DNA from: Bacteroidota bacterium
GTDB lineage: Bacteria; Bacteroidota; Bacteroidia; UKL13-3
Length of the DNA: 63,105 nt
Direction: 5' to 3'
Assembly: GCA_947456185.1 (NCBI GenBank)
Contig: CANGPW010000003.1
Location: 1 to 63,105 of the forward strand
The translations under genes and the position numbers were made by a program. Below, one piece after another: positions 1-9,232 of this stretch; the first letter of the stretch is position 1; every line of letters starts with the position of its first letter. The notes under the pieces were generated by a model. That model did no database searches. It was not told the origin of the DNA and saw nothing but the letters and a program-made list of their open reading frames with translations.

Positions 1-929
1 AATTTGGTTTACGAGTTGATGATTTGAGCGCAAATTTTAAAAACTACAGTTCATTAGTTTACAAAGGAATGAAATTGAATTTTATTCAAGGTCCAATGTA
101 TTTCGCGAATGCAAACTTTAAATTAATTCCTAGAAATGCTGCTGATGCAGATTTCTCAAATATTGATACCATTAAACCTGTTATTACTATAATTGGCGCT
201 AATCCTTTTTTCGTTAAAAAAGACAGCGTTTATAATGATTTAGGTGCTACGGCAATGGATGATAAAGAAGGTAATATTACTAGTAAAATTGTAAAATCAG
301 GAACTGTAAATACTGCCGTTGCTGGTGCTTATATTATTTCATATTCAGTAAGAGATTTAGCTGGAAACATGGATTCTGTGACTCGCATAGTTAACGTGTT
401 GCCTTTAGATACAGTTAAACCAGTAATTACTATTTTAGGTAAAAATCCTGATACATTGCAACGCACCACTTCATACATAGATGCTGGCGCAACAGCGATT
501 GATGATATTGATGGAATTATTACTAGTAAAATTACTAAAGTAAGCACCATTGATTCAAGCAAAACTGGAACTTATACCATTACTTATTCAGTATCTGATT
601 TAGCAGGAAATTCGCAAACTGCTGTAAGAACTGTAGTTGTTATTAATAAAACAAATGTGAATGAAGTTAAGGGTATTGCAAGTAATATTTCTGTTTATCC
701 ATCGCCAGCATACGCTGAGTTAAACATTAACATTGAAAACATCAACCAATTACCTGCACAATTAGTAATAACTGATATTTTAGGTAAAGAAATAATGAAA
801 CAAACAATCAATGCTAAAAACTTTAACGAACAATTAAACATCAGCCAACTTAACAATGGCGTTTATTTGTTAAACATTAGCAATGCCAATGGCATGCAAA
901 CTGTTAAGTTTATGGTTAGCGGTAAATAA
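1..929 (+). CDS. T9SS-secreted surface protein with two tandem DUF5011/Ig-like repeats and a C-terminal T9SS type A sorting domain; 5'-truncated by the window edge
   Basis: Frame is open from base 3. Two ~80-aa repeats (DTxKPVITIxG...GATAxDD...YxIxYSVxDLAGN...RxVxV) precede a CTD beginning VYPSPA and ending GVYLLNI...KFMV. Confidence 0.85.
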   Translation, partial: FGLRVDDLSANFKNYSSLVYKGMKLNFIQGPMYFANANFKLIPRNAADADFSNIDTIKPVITIIGANPFFVKKDSVYNDLGATAMDDKEGNITSKIVKSGTVNTAVAGAYIISYSVRDLAGNMDSVTRIVNVLPLDTVKPVITILGKNPDTLQRTTSYIDAGATAIDDIDGIITSKITKVSTIDSSKTGTYTITYSVSDLAGNSQTAVRTVVVINKTNVNEVKGIASNISVYPSPAYAELNINIENINQLPAQLVITDILGKEIMKQTINAKNFNEQLNISQLNNGVYLLNISNANGMQTVKFMVSGK

Positions 930-944
930 TTAAATATTTCGTTT

Positions 945-962
945 GCTGAGCAAAGTCGAAGC
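945..962 (+). repeat. Degenerate REP-like element (CTGAGCnnAGTCGAAG family)
   Basis: GCTGAGCAAAGTCGAAGC, enclosed by the inverted pair AAATATTTC (932-940) / GAAATATTT (968-976). Confidence 0.5.
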
Positions 963-982
963 ATAAAGAAATATTTTTCTAT

Positions 983-1020
983 AAAAAACCTTCTTGGGAT
1001 TTTCTCAAGAAGGTTTTTTT
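983..1020 (+). terminator. Intrinsic terminator, probably bidirectional
   Basis: AAAAAACCTTCTTGGGA-TTT-TCTCAAGAAGGTTTTTTT hairpin between convergent genes. Confidence 0.85.
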
Positions 1021-1094
1021 ATGGGTAAATGAATAGTTTTAATGTACTTAAACAACCAATATTTTAAACTGTAAATTTCATAATCCAATTCAAT

Positions 1095-1129
1095 AAAAAA
1101 GCCAAACTCGAAACTCGAATTTGGCTTTT
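1095..1129 (-). terminator. Intrinsic terminator of the ccm operon; loop contains AAACTCG heptamers
   Basis: AAAAGCCAAA...TTTGGCTTTT stem with a U-tract on the minus strand. Confidence 0.65.
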
Positions 1130-1183
1130 ACACTAAATATTTTTTAAACTTGTAATTTTATTAGAATTCAACATACAATATTT

Positions 1184-1220
1184 TTGTCACCCTGAGCGGA
1201 GTCGAAGGGCAATATTCAAA
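1184..1220 (+). repeat. REP-like element TGTCACCCTGAGCGGAGTCGAAGGG
   Basis: 36/37 identical to the inverted copy at 10959-10995. Confidence 0.85.
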
Positions 1221-1273
1221 CAAGTATTTATCTAGGAATTTCGAGATTATTTATTCGAATTTTCTATTTAGTT

Positions 1274-1660
1274 TTATTTACCTTTCACCTGATTATCGGT
1301 ATATTTACTAGGGCATTTTAATAATATTTTGCTTGCTTCAAAATGGTCACCATCCATTTTACCAATGATTACAATTTTTTCGCTGCGTTCAAAATCAGCT
1401 GGTTCAGGAGCATGATACACCACTTTTTGTTCTACACCTTTATCGTCAATCAAATAAAAAGTAAAATAGTTTGCATCTTTTTTAGGGTCAAAATACTTTT
1501 CTTTTGTTTTGTTTAATGTGCCAACAATATGAAATTCTTTACCTAGATTTTCAGCTGCCACACCAAAGTTTTCGTAACTACTTGCATCGCTGGTAGTACT
1601 TATAATTGCACCTATTGCTAAAGCAATTAGCACAATTATGATGATACTTGTTTTTTTCAT
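1274..1660 (-). CDS. ccmE: Cytochrome c maturation heme chaperone CcmE (CxxxY variant)
   Basis: N-terminal TM anchor, OB-fold-like core, C-terminal LLKCPSKY; follows ccmC/ccmD. Start moved to ATG 1660 (ORF track: 1693). Confidence 0.85.
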   Translation of the reverse strand: MKKTSIIIIVLIALAIGAIISTTSDASSYENFGVAAENLGKEFHIVGTLNKTKEKYFDPKKDANYFTFYLIDDKGVEQKVVYHAPEPADFERSEKIVIIGKMDGDHFEASKILLKCPSKYTDNQVKGK

Positions 1661-1664
1661 GGTG

Positions 1665-1847
1665 TTATTTTTTAATCTTGTTATTTTTTTCAATTTTACG
1701 TAACCTCAAATCCATCATCACTAAATAACCACATAATAATGTAAAAATAATAGCAATTACTATTACAACTACATCCATTTTGTTACCCCCAAACATATCG
1801 GGTAACTGACTTGAATCTATTTTTGCTTGGTTTAAAATTAATTTCAT
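1665..1847 (-). CDS. ccmD: CcmD-family small membrane protein
   Basis: Single TM helix followed by a basic tail (DLRLRKIEK), located between ccmC and ccmE. Confidence 0.65.
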   Translation of the reverse strand: MKLILNQAKIDSSQLPDMFGGNKMDVVVIVIAIIFTLLCGYLVMMDLRLRKIEKNNKIKK

Positions 1848-1854
1848 TATTAAA

Positions 1855-2508
1855 TTAGTTGCTTAATTTTTTCATTCTTTTGCCAATATCGACTATCCAA
1901 AAACCTATGAATATCCAACCTAATACGGCAGGATAAAACACCATTCTTAATCTACTATCTAAATCGTAACTGTTAAAGCCAGGATTTCCGCCATTTCCTG
2001 GGTGTAATGAATCTGTTAATCGAGGTAAAATAAAAACCAAAACTACAAATATTGGGAAACAAAATATATTAAATACAGCCGATATGCGCGCACGTTTTTC
2101 TTCATCTACTATACTGCTTCGCAATACAAAATAAGCTGCGTATAATAGCATGGCAACGGCAGCCGCATTTAATTTAGGATCGGGAGTCCAATAAGCGCCC
2201 CAAGTATTTTTAGCCCAAATCATTCCGGTACATAATCCTGCTACTCCAAAAAGCATGGCAGTATTTGCAAAAATTGCTGCTTCTGCATCAAATGTTAGGT
2301 TAACAGAATTCTTATTATTTAAAGTTTGAATTGATTTAATAAACGAAAATAACAAAAGTGCAATCATGGTAAACCACATGGGCACATGAAAAAATAAATT
2401 CCGAATGCTATTCTCTAATATTGGTAAATTAGGAATTGCTCCAAATAAACCTTGAACAATTGAATAAAGCACCAAAATAAATCCTCCTATTTTCCACCAT
2501 TTAATCAT
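1855..2508 (-). CDS. ccmC: Cytochrome c biogenesis heme-handling membrane protein CcmC
   Basis: FFHVP histidine and WWD-type motif (GMIWAKNTWGAYWTPDPKL); multiple TM helices. Confidence 0.85.
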   Translation of the reverse strand: MIKWWKIGGFILVLYSIVQGLFGAIPNLPILENSIRNLFFHVPMWFTMIALLLFSFIKSIQTLNNKNSVNLTFDAEAAIFANTAMLFGVAGLCTGMIWAKNTWGAYWTPDPKLNAAAVAMLLYAAYFVLRSSIVDEEKRARISAVFNIFCFPIFVVLVFILPRLTDSLHPGNGGNPGFNSYDLDSRLRMVFYPAVLGWIFIGFWIVDIGKRMKKLSN

Positions 2509-2512
2509 GCTG

Positions 2513-2520
2513 CGAAAGTA
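2513..2520 (-). promoter_or_regulatory. Bacteroidota -7 promoter element (TACTTTCG) 4 nt upstream of the ccmC ATG
   Basis: Matches a TAnnTTTG-type consensus with one mismatch. Confidence 0.5.
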
Positions 2521-2705
2521 TTAAAAACAGTTTGATATATTTTAAAGTATGATAATATTTAAAGTTTGTTATAGTTATAGTTGAATTACAGTCAAATAGA
2601 AAACAATTTTGAAGTATTTGAAGTTTTTTTTAGTTTTTTTTTGAATACTACTTGTATTTGAGAATAAAAAACAGATATTTGCAGCCCTTATAAAAGAAAA
2701 AAGAG

Positions 2706-2936
2706 ATGAGAGTTTGTGATTTAACTGGTAAAAAAGCATTGAAAGGTAATAACGTTTCGCATTCAAATGCAAAAACTAAAAGACGTTTTTATCCTAATTT
2801 ACAAGATAAAAAGTTTTTTATTCCTGAAGATGGTCAGTGGATTACTTTACGCGTAAGCACAAAGGCAATCAAGACTATTTCGAAAAAAGGAATAACAAAA
2901 GTGTTAAACGATTTTGTTAAATACGGCAAAATTTAA
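2706..2936 (+). CDS. rpmB: 50S ribosomal protein L28
   Basis: MRVCDLTGKK...GNNVSHSNAKTKRRFYPNLQ signature. Confidence 0.97.
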   Translation: MRVCDLTGKKALKGNNVSHSNAKTKRRFYPNLQDKKFFIPEDGQWITLRVSTKAIKTISKKGITKVLNDFVKYGKI

Positions 2937-2953
2937 TTTAGGAGATTCAAGAA

Positions 2954-3136
2954 ATGGCAAAAAGAGGAAATAGAATACAAGTGATTATGGAATGTACTGA
3001 ACATAAAAATTCAGGCATGCCAGGAACAAGCCGTTACATCACTACAAAAAATAAAAAAAATACAACTGAGCGTTTAGAATTGAAAAAATACAATCCAATT
3101 TTAAAACGTAAAACTGTACATAAAGAAATTAAGTAA
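2954..3136 (+). CDS. rpmG: 50S ribosomal protein L33
   Basis: [17 protein letters not shown]...ELKKYNP...HKEIK. Confidence 0.97.
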   Translation: MAKRGNRIQVIMECTEHKNSGMPGTSRYITTKNKKNTTERLELKKYNPILKRKTVHKEIK

Positions 3137-3166
3137 TTAACCCTTAAACAAAGAGGAATTTAAACA

Positions 3167-3316
3167 ATGGCAAAGAAAGTAGTTGCAACGCTAAAAACAG
3201 GATCTGGAAAAGATTTCGCTAAAATTTATCGTGCTGTTAAAAACAAAAAAGGAGCTTACTCTTTTAAATCTCTAATTATACCTAACGAGAATGTTAAGGC
3301 TGCTTTCAAAGCATAA
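3167..3316 (+). CDS. DUF4295-family small protein (49 aa, absent from the ORF track)
   Basis: Hand translation MAKKVVATLKTGSGKDFAKIYRAVKNKKGAYSFKSLIIPNENVKAAFKA; usual position between rpmG and ftsY in Bacteroidota. Confidence 0.85.
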   Translation: MAKKVVATLKTGSGKDFAKIYRAVKNKKGAYSFKSLIIPNENVKAAFKA

Positions 3317-3340
3317 TTACATTTTTAATATTTAACGATG

Positions 3341-3373
3341 AAAAGCATTCTGAAGATAATCAGAATGCTTTTT
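3341..3373 (+). terminator. Intrinsic terminator after rpmB-rpmG-DUF4295
   Basis: AAAAGCATTCTGA-AGATAAT-CAGAATGCTTTT hairpin. Confidence 0.8.
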
Positions 3374-3451
3374 GTGTTTTTATAAACAAAATTTTTTATT
3401 CAAGTATTTTTATTTTGTTCATTGAATAAATAACATATAAAGTAAATTACA

Positions 3452-4402
3452 ATGGGAATTTTTAATTTTTTCAGCAAAGAAAAAAAAGAAAAACTAGATC
3501 TAGGTTTAGAGAAAACTAAAACTAGTTTATTCGATAAAATTAGCAAAGCTATTGCGGGTAAATCTTCAATTGATGACGATTTTTTAGATAAATTAGAAGA
3601 AATTTTAGTGACTTCTGACGTTGGAATTGAAACTACCTTGAAAATTATTGACAGATTACAAAAACGTGTTGCCAACGATAAATACGTTGGAACTTCCGAT
3701 TTAAATTTAATGCTAAAAGAAGAAATTGCTTTATTATTAGACGAAAATGACAACGAAAATTTAAGCAGTTTTGAAAATTTACCCGGCCAAAAACCTTATG
3801 TAATTATGGTTGTTGGCGTAAATGGAGTCGGAAAAACTACCACCATTGGTAAATTAGCAAACCAGTTTAAAAAAGCGGGTAAAAAAGTAGTTTTAGGTGC
3901 TGGTGATACTTTTAGAGCAGCAGCTGTAGAGCAATTAAAAATTTGGGGAAGCAGAAATGACGTTCATGTGGTAAGCCACGGAATGAACACTGATCCTGCT
4001 TCTGTTGCTTTTGATGCGGTGAAATATGCAAAAGAAAATGATGCCGATGTTTGTATCATTGACACCGCTGGACGATTACATAATAAAATTGGTTTGATGG
4101 ATGAACTTTCAAAAATTAAACGCGTAATGGGAAAAGTGCAAGAAGGAACTCCTCATGAAATTTTATTGGTTTTAGATGCAAGCACTGGTCAAAATGCTTT
4201 TGAACAAGCCAAACATTTTACCGCTGCAACCGAAGTAAATGCTTTAGCTTTAACAAAATTGGATGGAACTGCCAAAGGTGGTGTGGTTATTGGTATTGCC
4301 GACCAATTTAAAATTCCAGTAAAATACATTGGCGTTGGTGAAGGAATAGACGATTTACAAGTATTTAACAAAAAGGAATTTGTAGATTCTTTGTTTAAGT
4401 AG
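3452..4402 (+). CDS. ftsY: Signal recognition particle receptor FtsY
   Basis: GVNGVGKTTTIGKLA, DTFRAAA, DTAGR and TKLDGTAKGG motifs. Confidence 0.97.
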   Translation: MGIFNFFSKEKKEKLDLGLEKTKTSLFDKISKAIAGKSSIDDDFLDKLEEILVTSDVGIETTLKIIDRLQKRVANDKYVGTSDLNLMLKEEIALLLDENDNENLSSFENLPGQKPYVIMVVGVNGVGKTTTIGKLANQFKKAGKKVVLGAGDTFRAAAVEQLKIWGSRNDVHVVSHGMNTDPASVAFDAVKYAKENDADVCIIDTAGRLHNKIGLMDELSKIKRVMGKVQEGTPHEILLVLDASTGQNAFEQAKHFTAATEVNALALTKLDGTAKGGVVIGIADQFKIPVKYIGVGEGIDDLQVFNKKEFVDSLFK

Positions 4403-4409
4403 TCAAAAC

Positions 4410-4448
4410 ACAATAGCCACAATAGCCAAAGATTTCATAGATTTACAT
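4410..4448 (+). repeat. Short 9/10-mer tandem repeats after the ftsY stop
   Basis: ACAATAGCC x2, then AGATTTCAT / AGATTTACAT. Confidence 0.6.
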
Positions 4449-4530
4449 AATAAATTTATTTAAAGATTATAGACCAATATAAACAATCATTTTATTAATG
4501 AAATTATTGTGTAAAGTTGCTAAATAAAAC

Positions 4531-5841
4531 ATGAAAACAAAAAACAAAAAACAAGATAAAATAAACATCATTACACTTGGTTGTAGCAAAAACATTGTGG
4601 ACAGCGAAGTGTTATATAGCCAGTTAAAGGCCAATGACATGAATGTTACGCATGAGTCGGCTAAGGATGATGCGAATATTATTGTTATCAATACCTGCGG
4701 ATTTATTGACAATGCCAAGCAGGAAAGTATTGATACTATTTTGCGTTATGCTGAAGCAAAACAAGCTGGTAAAATTGATAAATTATACGTGACAGGCTGT
4801 TTAAGTCAGCGTTATAAGCCTGATTTAGAAAAAGAAATTACCGATGTAGATGAGTATTTTGGTACTTTACATTTACCTCAATTACTCAAAACTTTAGGTG
4901 CTGATTACAAACACGAGTTAATTGGTGAACGCTTATTAACCACACCAAGTCATTATGCTTATTTGAAAATTTCGGAAGGATGCGACAGACCATGTTCGTT
5001 TTGTGCCATTCCTATTATGCGTGGCAAACACGTTTCTAAAACTTTTGAGCAATTAGAAACAGAAGTGAAAAGCTTGGTAAAAAATGGTACCAAAGAAATT
5101 TTGATGATTGCACAAGACAGCACTTTTTATGGTTTAGACATTTATGGTGACAGAAAATTGGCTGAATTAATGCGTAGAATTTCGGATGTAGAAGGATTAG
5201 AATGGTTGCGTTTGCATTATGCTTATCCAAGTCAATTTCCAATGGATGCTTTGGAGGTAATGGCTGAACGTAGCAATATTTGTAATTATATTGACATTCC
5301 TTTGCAACATACCAGCGATAATATGCTGAAAATAATGCGCAGAGGAATTACCACTAAACGCACACAAGAAGTGGTAGATTCAATCAGAGATAAAGTTCCT
5401 GGAATTGCAATTAGAACCACTTTAATTGCAGGGCATCCAGGTGAAACAGAACAAGATTTTAAAGATTTATGTAAATTTGTAGAACATAATCAGTTTGATA
5501 GATTAGGAATATTTACTTATAGCCATGAAGATGGAACACATGCAGGAACCATGGTTGATGATGTGCCACAAGAAGTGAAAGAAGAACGTGCTGCCATTGT
5601 TATGGAAATTCAACAAGGCATTTCGGCTAAAATTAATCAAGCCAAAATTGGCAATACTTACAAAGTTCTTTTTGATAGAAAAGAAAATGGCATGTGGGTG
5701 GGCCGAACTGAATTTGATAGTCCAGAAGTAGACAATGAAGTGCTAGTAGATGCAAAAAAATATTATGCTAAAATTGGCGATTTTGCCAATGTGCAAATTG
5801 AAAGTGCTGAAGATTTTGACTTATACGGTAAAATAGTTTAG
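4531..5841 (+). CDS. rimO: Ribosomal protein S12 methylthiotransferase RimO
   Basis: LGCSKN, NTCGFI, radical SAM CDRPCSFC and a C-terminal TRAM domain. Confidence 0.95.
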   Translation: MKTKNKKQDKINIITLGCSKNIVDSEVLYSQLKANDMNVTHESAKDDANIIVINTCGFIDNAKQESIDTILRYAEAKQAGKIDKLYVTGCLSQRYKPDLEKEITDVDEYFGTLHLPQLLKTLGADYKHELIGERLLTTPSHYAYLKISEGCDRPCSFCAIPIMRGKHVSKTFEQLETEVKSLVKNGTKEILMIAQDSTFYGLDIYGDRKLAELMRRISDVEGLEWLRLHYAYPSQFPMDALEVMAERSNICNYIDIPLQHTSDNMLKIMRRGITTKRTQEVVDSIRDKVPGIAIRTTLIAGHPGETEQDFKDLCKFVEHNQFDRLGIFTYSHEDGTHAGTMVDDVPQEVKEERAAIVMEIQQGISAKINQAKIGNTYKVLFDRKENGMWVGRTEFDSPEVDNEVLVDAKKYYAKIGDFANVQIESAEDFDLYGKIV

Positions 5842-5860
5842 TTAAATAAAAAACAAGTAA

Positions 5861-5949
5861 GTCATGCTGTAAGCATCTTCTTAGCTTTAAATAATTACTT
5901 ACCATTAGCTAACCGCCAATGAGTAATAAGAAGATTCCTACGGAATGAC
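5861..5949. repeat. Long imperfect inverted repeat (GTCAT...ATGAC REP-like element)
   Basis: GTCATGCTGTAAGCATCTTCTTA (5861-5883) pairs with TAAGAAGATTCCTACGGAATGAC (5927-5949). Confidence 0.7.
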
Positions 5950-6007
5950 CGAATGTTGTTTTGATTTTTTTAAATTATATCTCACTATGACAAATAAATA
6001 AACATCA

Positions 6008-7603
6008 ATGTCAACAAATATTCCAATAACAAGCACAGGACTTATTCCTGCCATTACGAAAGATTATTTAGAACAAAAAGACGTTTTAAAATCTTTTTAT
6101 AAATATGCGCCAAACATTGAATCTTTTGGTGAAGCCATCAAAAACAAACATTTTAGTGCAGAAAATAGAAATGTTTTAGTTGATGCTTTGTTGGAACAAT
6201 ATAAAAAAGCTGGAATTGATTTAGTAGATAATGATGCAACATGTTTAAACACCTTATCACTTAAAAATACAAATACATTTACTGTAACAACTGGACATCA
6301 ATTGGCTTTGTTTACAGGCCCATTGTATTTTATTTATAAAATTGCAACTGTTATTAATTTAGCCAAACAACTTAAAGAAAAATATTCGCAACAAAATTTT
6401 GTACCTGTATTTTGGATGGCTAGCGAAGACCACGATTTTGAGGAAATTAGCAGCATTTATTTATTTGGAAAAGAAATAAAATGGCAAAAAGAATTCCATT
6501 CAAAACCTGTTGGACATATTGATAATACTGGAATTGAAGCTTTAATTGAACAATTGATTCCAATTTTAGGCGAAAGAGATAAAGCCCAAAAATGGATTAA
6601 ATTATTGCAAGAAAGTTTTTTATCGAACAATAATTTTAGCATTGGTACACAAAAATTAGTTCATGAATTATTTAAAAACCAAGGTTTGGTAATTATTGAT
6701 GCTGACGATAAAGCTTTGAAAACGCTTTTGAAACCAGTGATGTTCAATGATATTTTTGAGCAAAAAAGTTTTGAAGCTATTCATGAAACCAATAAAGCCT
6801 TAAGTCAAAACTATAAATTACAAATAAATGGGAGGGAAGTGAATTTTTTTTACTTGCATCCTGAATTGGGCCGTAGGTTAATTAAACCTGAAGGAAATTA
6901 CTTTAAATTAAATGATTCGGATATAGTTTTTACTGTTGAGGAGTTAAAATCTGAAATAGAAAATTATCCTGAACGTTTGAGTCCAAATGTAGTTTTACGT
7001 CCGGTTTACCAAGAATTGATTTTACCTAACTTGGCTTATATTGGTGGACCAGCCGAAGTGGCTTATTGGTTGCAATTACAAAAAGTTTTTGAAGCACATC
7101 AAGTTCCGTTCCCGGTTGTAATGCACCGCAATTCCTATTTATTATTAGGTAAATCAACCAAAGATAAAATAGAAAAAATGGGTTTAAGCATTGTCAACAT
7201 GTTTTTAAATGATGCTGATTTAACGAATAAATATTTACAAATACATTCGGCAACAAACTTTATGGATAATGCCAATCAAATAGATGTTTTGTTACAACAA
7301 ATGTTTGATGAAGTGAAAAATATTGATGCGCCTTCGTCTAAAGAATTGTTGCAATTTAAACTAGAATCCAAGAAAGTTTTAATGGCTAATTTTAAAACTT
7401 ATAAAAAAGCGCGTGAGCAAAAACAAGAAGACAATATTGTAAAAATGTTAAAGCTAAAAGAACGCATTTTCCCAAATGGAACATTTCAGGAACGCATAGA
7501 AAATGTAATGATGCACGATATCAATCTGTTTGAAAATTTAATAGAAAAAGTGCTTCAAAATGCAGATGCTTTCAGCAATGATTTGATTATTCTAGAAGTT
7601 TAG
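6008..7603 (+). CDS. bshC: Bacillithiol biosynthesis protein BshC
   Basis: VTTGHQ, FWMASEDHDFEEI, SPNVVLRP, YIGGPAEVAYW and QER motifs. Confidence 0.92.
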   Translation: MSTNIPITSTGLIPAITKDYLEQKDVLKSFYKYAPNIESFGEAIKNKHFSAENRNVLVDALLEQYKKAGIDLVDNDATCLNTLSLKNTNTFTVTTGHQLALFTGPLYFIYKIATVINLAKQLKEKYSQQNFVPVFWMASEDHDFEEISSIYLFGKEIKWQKEFHSKPVGHIDNTGIEALIEQLIPILGERDKAQKWIKLLQESFLSNNNFSIGTQKLVHELFKNQGLVIIDADDKALKTLLKPVMFNDIFEQKSFEAIHETNKALSQNYKLQINGREVNFFYLHPELGRRLIKPEGNYFKLNDSDIVFTVEELKSEIENYPERLSPNVVLRPVYQELILPNLAYIGGPAEVAYWLQLQKVFEAHQVPFPVVMHRNSYLLLGKSTKDKIEKMGLSIVNMFLNDADLTNKYLQIHSATNFMDNANQIDVLLQQMFDEVKNIDAPSSKELLQFKLESKKVLMANFKTYKKAREQKQEDNIVKMLKLKERIFPNGTFQERIENVMMHDINLFENLIEKVLQNADAFSNDLIILEV

Positions 7604-7680
7604 AGTGTTTATGTATTGAAGTGTTTAAGTTTAAAGTTTTTTTATACTTCATACTTCATCATTTTTACTTTCAAAATCCA
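7597..7680 (+). repeat. Degenerate octamer array overlapping the bshC stop, followed by ATACTTC and CAAAATC heptamers
   Basis: AGTTTAGA GTGTTTAT GTATTGAA GTGTTTAA; ATACTTC x2 near 7644-7657. Confidence 0.5.
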
Positions 7681-7687
7681 AAATATT

Positions 7688-7714
7688 TGTCACCCTGAGC
7701 TTGTCGAAGGGCAA
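7688..7714 (+). repeat. REP-like element TGTCACCCTGAGCTTGTCGAAGGG
   Basis: Same family as 1184-1220, with TT replacing GGA. Confidence 0.8.
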
Positions 7715-7717
7715 AAT

Positions 7718-8311
7718 TTACAACTTTTCCCCAGCTTCAATGCTACAATTCAATTTGTTTTCTTTAGGTGGAATAGGGCAAGTATAGTTGCTATTATAAA
7801 CACAATATGGATGATAAGCCAAGTTAAAATCTAAATCAACTAAATTTGTTTTTGGCGTTTCAATGTCTATATATCTTCCACCTCCATAAGTTTCTTTTCC
7901 AGTGGTTAAATCGGTAAAACAAATCAGTAAATAGTTTTTATATTCTTCCTTTTTAACAACGGCTTCTAGCACGGTTAATTCATAGTTTTTCCCATTTAAA
8001 ACAAACGAAATTTTTCCGTATTGTCTATAAGGTTTGCTGCTATTATGTGAATGCGGTAATTCGAAATTTGGCATATCAGCGAATTTGGTCAGTGTTGCTT
8101 TTATTTTATAAATTTGGTTCACTTCAAAATACCTTAAACCAGTAAATGTTTTTAATTTTACCGTATCTAAAGGAGTAGTTTCAGGGCTAAAAAAATCGTG
8201 ATCAATACTGCTTCTGTGAGCTACTATTGTATTTAAATATGCTTGGTCAATGCCATTGCAAGCGCATAGTAAAACGCTAAAAAATAGTAAGAATTTAGAT
8301 AAGAATTTCAT
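7718..8311 (-). CDS. DUF1684-family lipoprotein
   Basis: Lipobox LCAC; FTDLTTGKETYGGGRYID and DFNLAYHPYC...CPIPP motifs. Confidence 0.85.
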   Translation of the reverse strand: MKFLSKFLLFFSVLLCACNGIDQAYLNTIVAHRSSIDHDFFSPETTPLDTVKLKTFTGLRYFEVNQIYKIKATLTKFADMPNFELPHSHNSSKPYRQYGKISFVLNGKNYELTVLEAVVKKEEYKNYLLICFTDLTTGKETYGGGRYIDIETPKTNLVDLDFNLAYHPYCVYNSNYTCPIPPKENKLNCSIEAGEKL

Positions 8312-9225
8312 TAATGAATTTCGTATTCTTTTACTTGTTGAATAACAAATTTATTATTTCCATTAGTTCCATTGTGGACAAAAACCAAAACTTTCAAATT
8401 TTTCTTATTCCAAGTTTCGGTTGGAGTTAATTCGTAATCATAAGTGGTTTCAAATACTCGTCCTGCTATTATTGATGCCCTTAGCTGAGAGCCTGTAGAT
8501 GGAGTAACCATTCTACGCAAAACATGTTCATGATCATAGTCTTCAATTGTAACACTCCCACTTTTTTGAAAATCAACTAAACCATTTTCAATAATTGCAA
8601 TACTTATATATTGAGAATCATTAGTAGATGATGTATAAGAAAGTTTCACATTCATTCGTATTTTATTGGCATCTACAAAATAAACACCTTTGTTACTAAA
8701 AGTATCAATATTTACGATTGAATTATTATTCAATAAACCAATTGTATATCCATTCCATTTTGTATCATCAATTAAAATAGCACTTTCACCGCTAAATTTA
8801 GTTCTATTGATTGAACCAATTGGTAAACCATTAGAACTGCCTAAAAAAGTAATAATATCAGCACCTTCATCAGTTCTAAAATCATACTTACTATCATGAT
8901 CATCGCCAGGAGTTTTAAATGGAGATACAAAAGTATTTAACAATCCTTTTCCTGGATGAATTCCCATTACAAAAACTCTTTTTGGATTAGCTGCAACAAT
9001 ATTTTTTGCTGTTAATTGTGCCCTAGGACAATTCGCACATTTTACACCTGTAAAATCTTCAATCAACACATTGGTTTGTTGCGGAGCGGGTAAAATATTT
9101 GTAATATAAGTAGTATCAAAAATACTTCTTTCAGGTAATAAGTTTAAACCAGTTGGAATTTCTTCTTCGCATGCTGAAAGAAAAAATAAACTAGCAATAA
9201 ATATTTTAAATATATTTTTCATCAT
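8311..9225 (-). CDS. Omp28-related outer-membrane lipoprotein (thioredoxin-like CxxC plus Ig-like domain)
   Basis: Lipobox LSAC; VLIEDFTGVKCANCPRA and HEHVLR motifs. Confidence 0.8.
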   Translation of the reverse strand: MMKNIFKIFIASLFFLSACEEEIPTGLNLLPERSIFDTTYITNILPAPQQTNVLIEDFTGVKCANCPRAQLTAKNIVAANPKRVFVMGIHPGKGLLNTFVSPFKTPGDDHDSKYDFRTDEGADIITFLGSSNGLPIGSINRTKFSGESAILIDDTKWNGYTIGLLNNNSIVNIDTFSNKGVYFVDANKIRMNVKLSYTSSTNDSQYISIAIIENGLVDFQKSGSVTIEDYDHEHVLRRMVTPSTGSQLRASIIAGRVFETTYDYELTPTETWNKKNLKVLVFVHNGTNGNNKFVIQQVKEYEIH

Positions 9226-9232
9226 TTATGTA

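Noticed and set aside
7616-7834. 72-aa + strand ORF
   Set aside because: Made of tandem arrays, a REP translation (CHPELVEG) and antisense of DUF1684.
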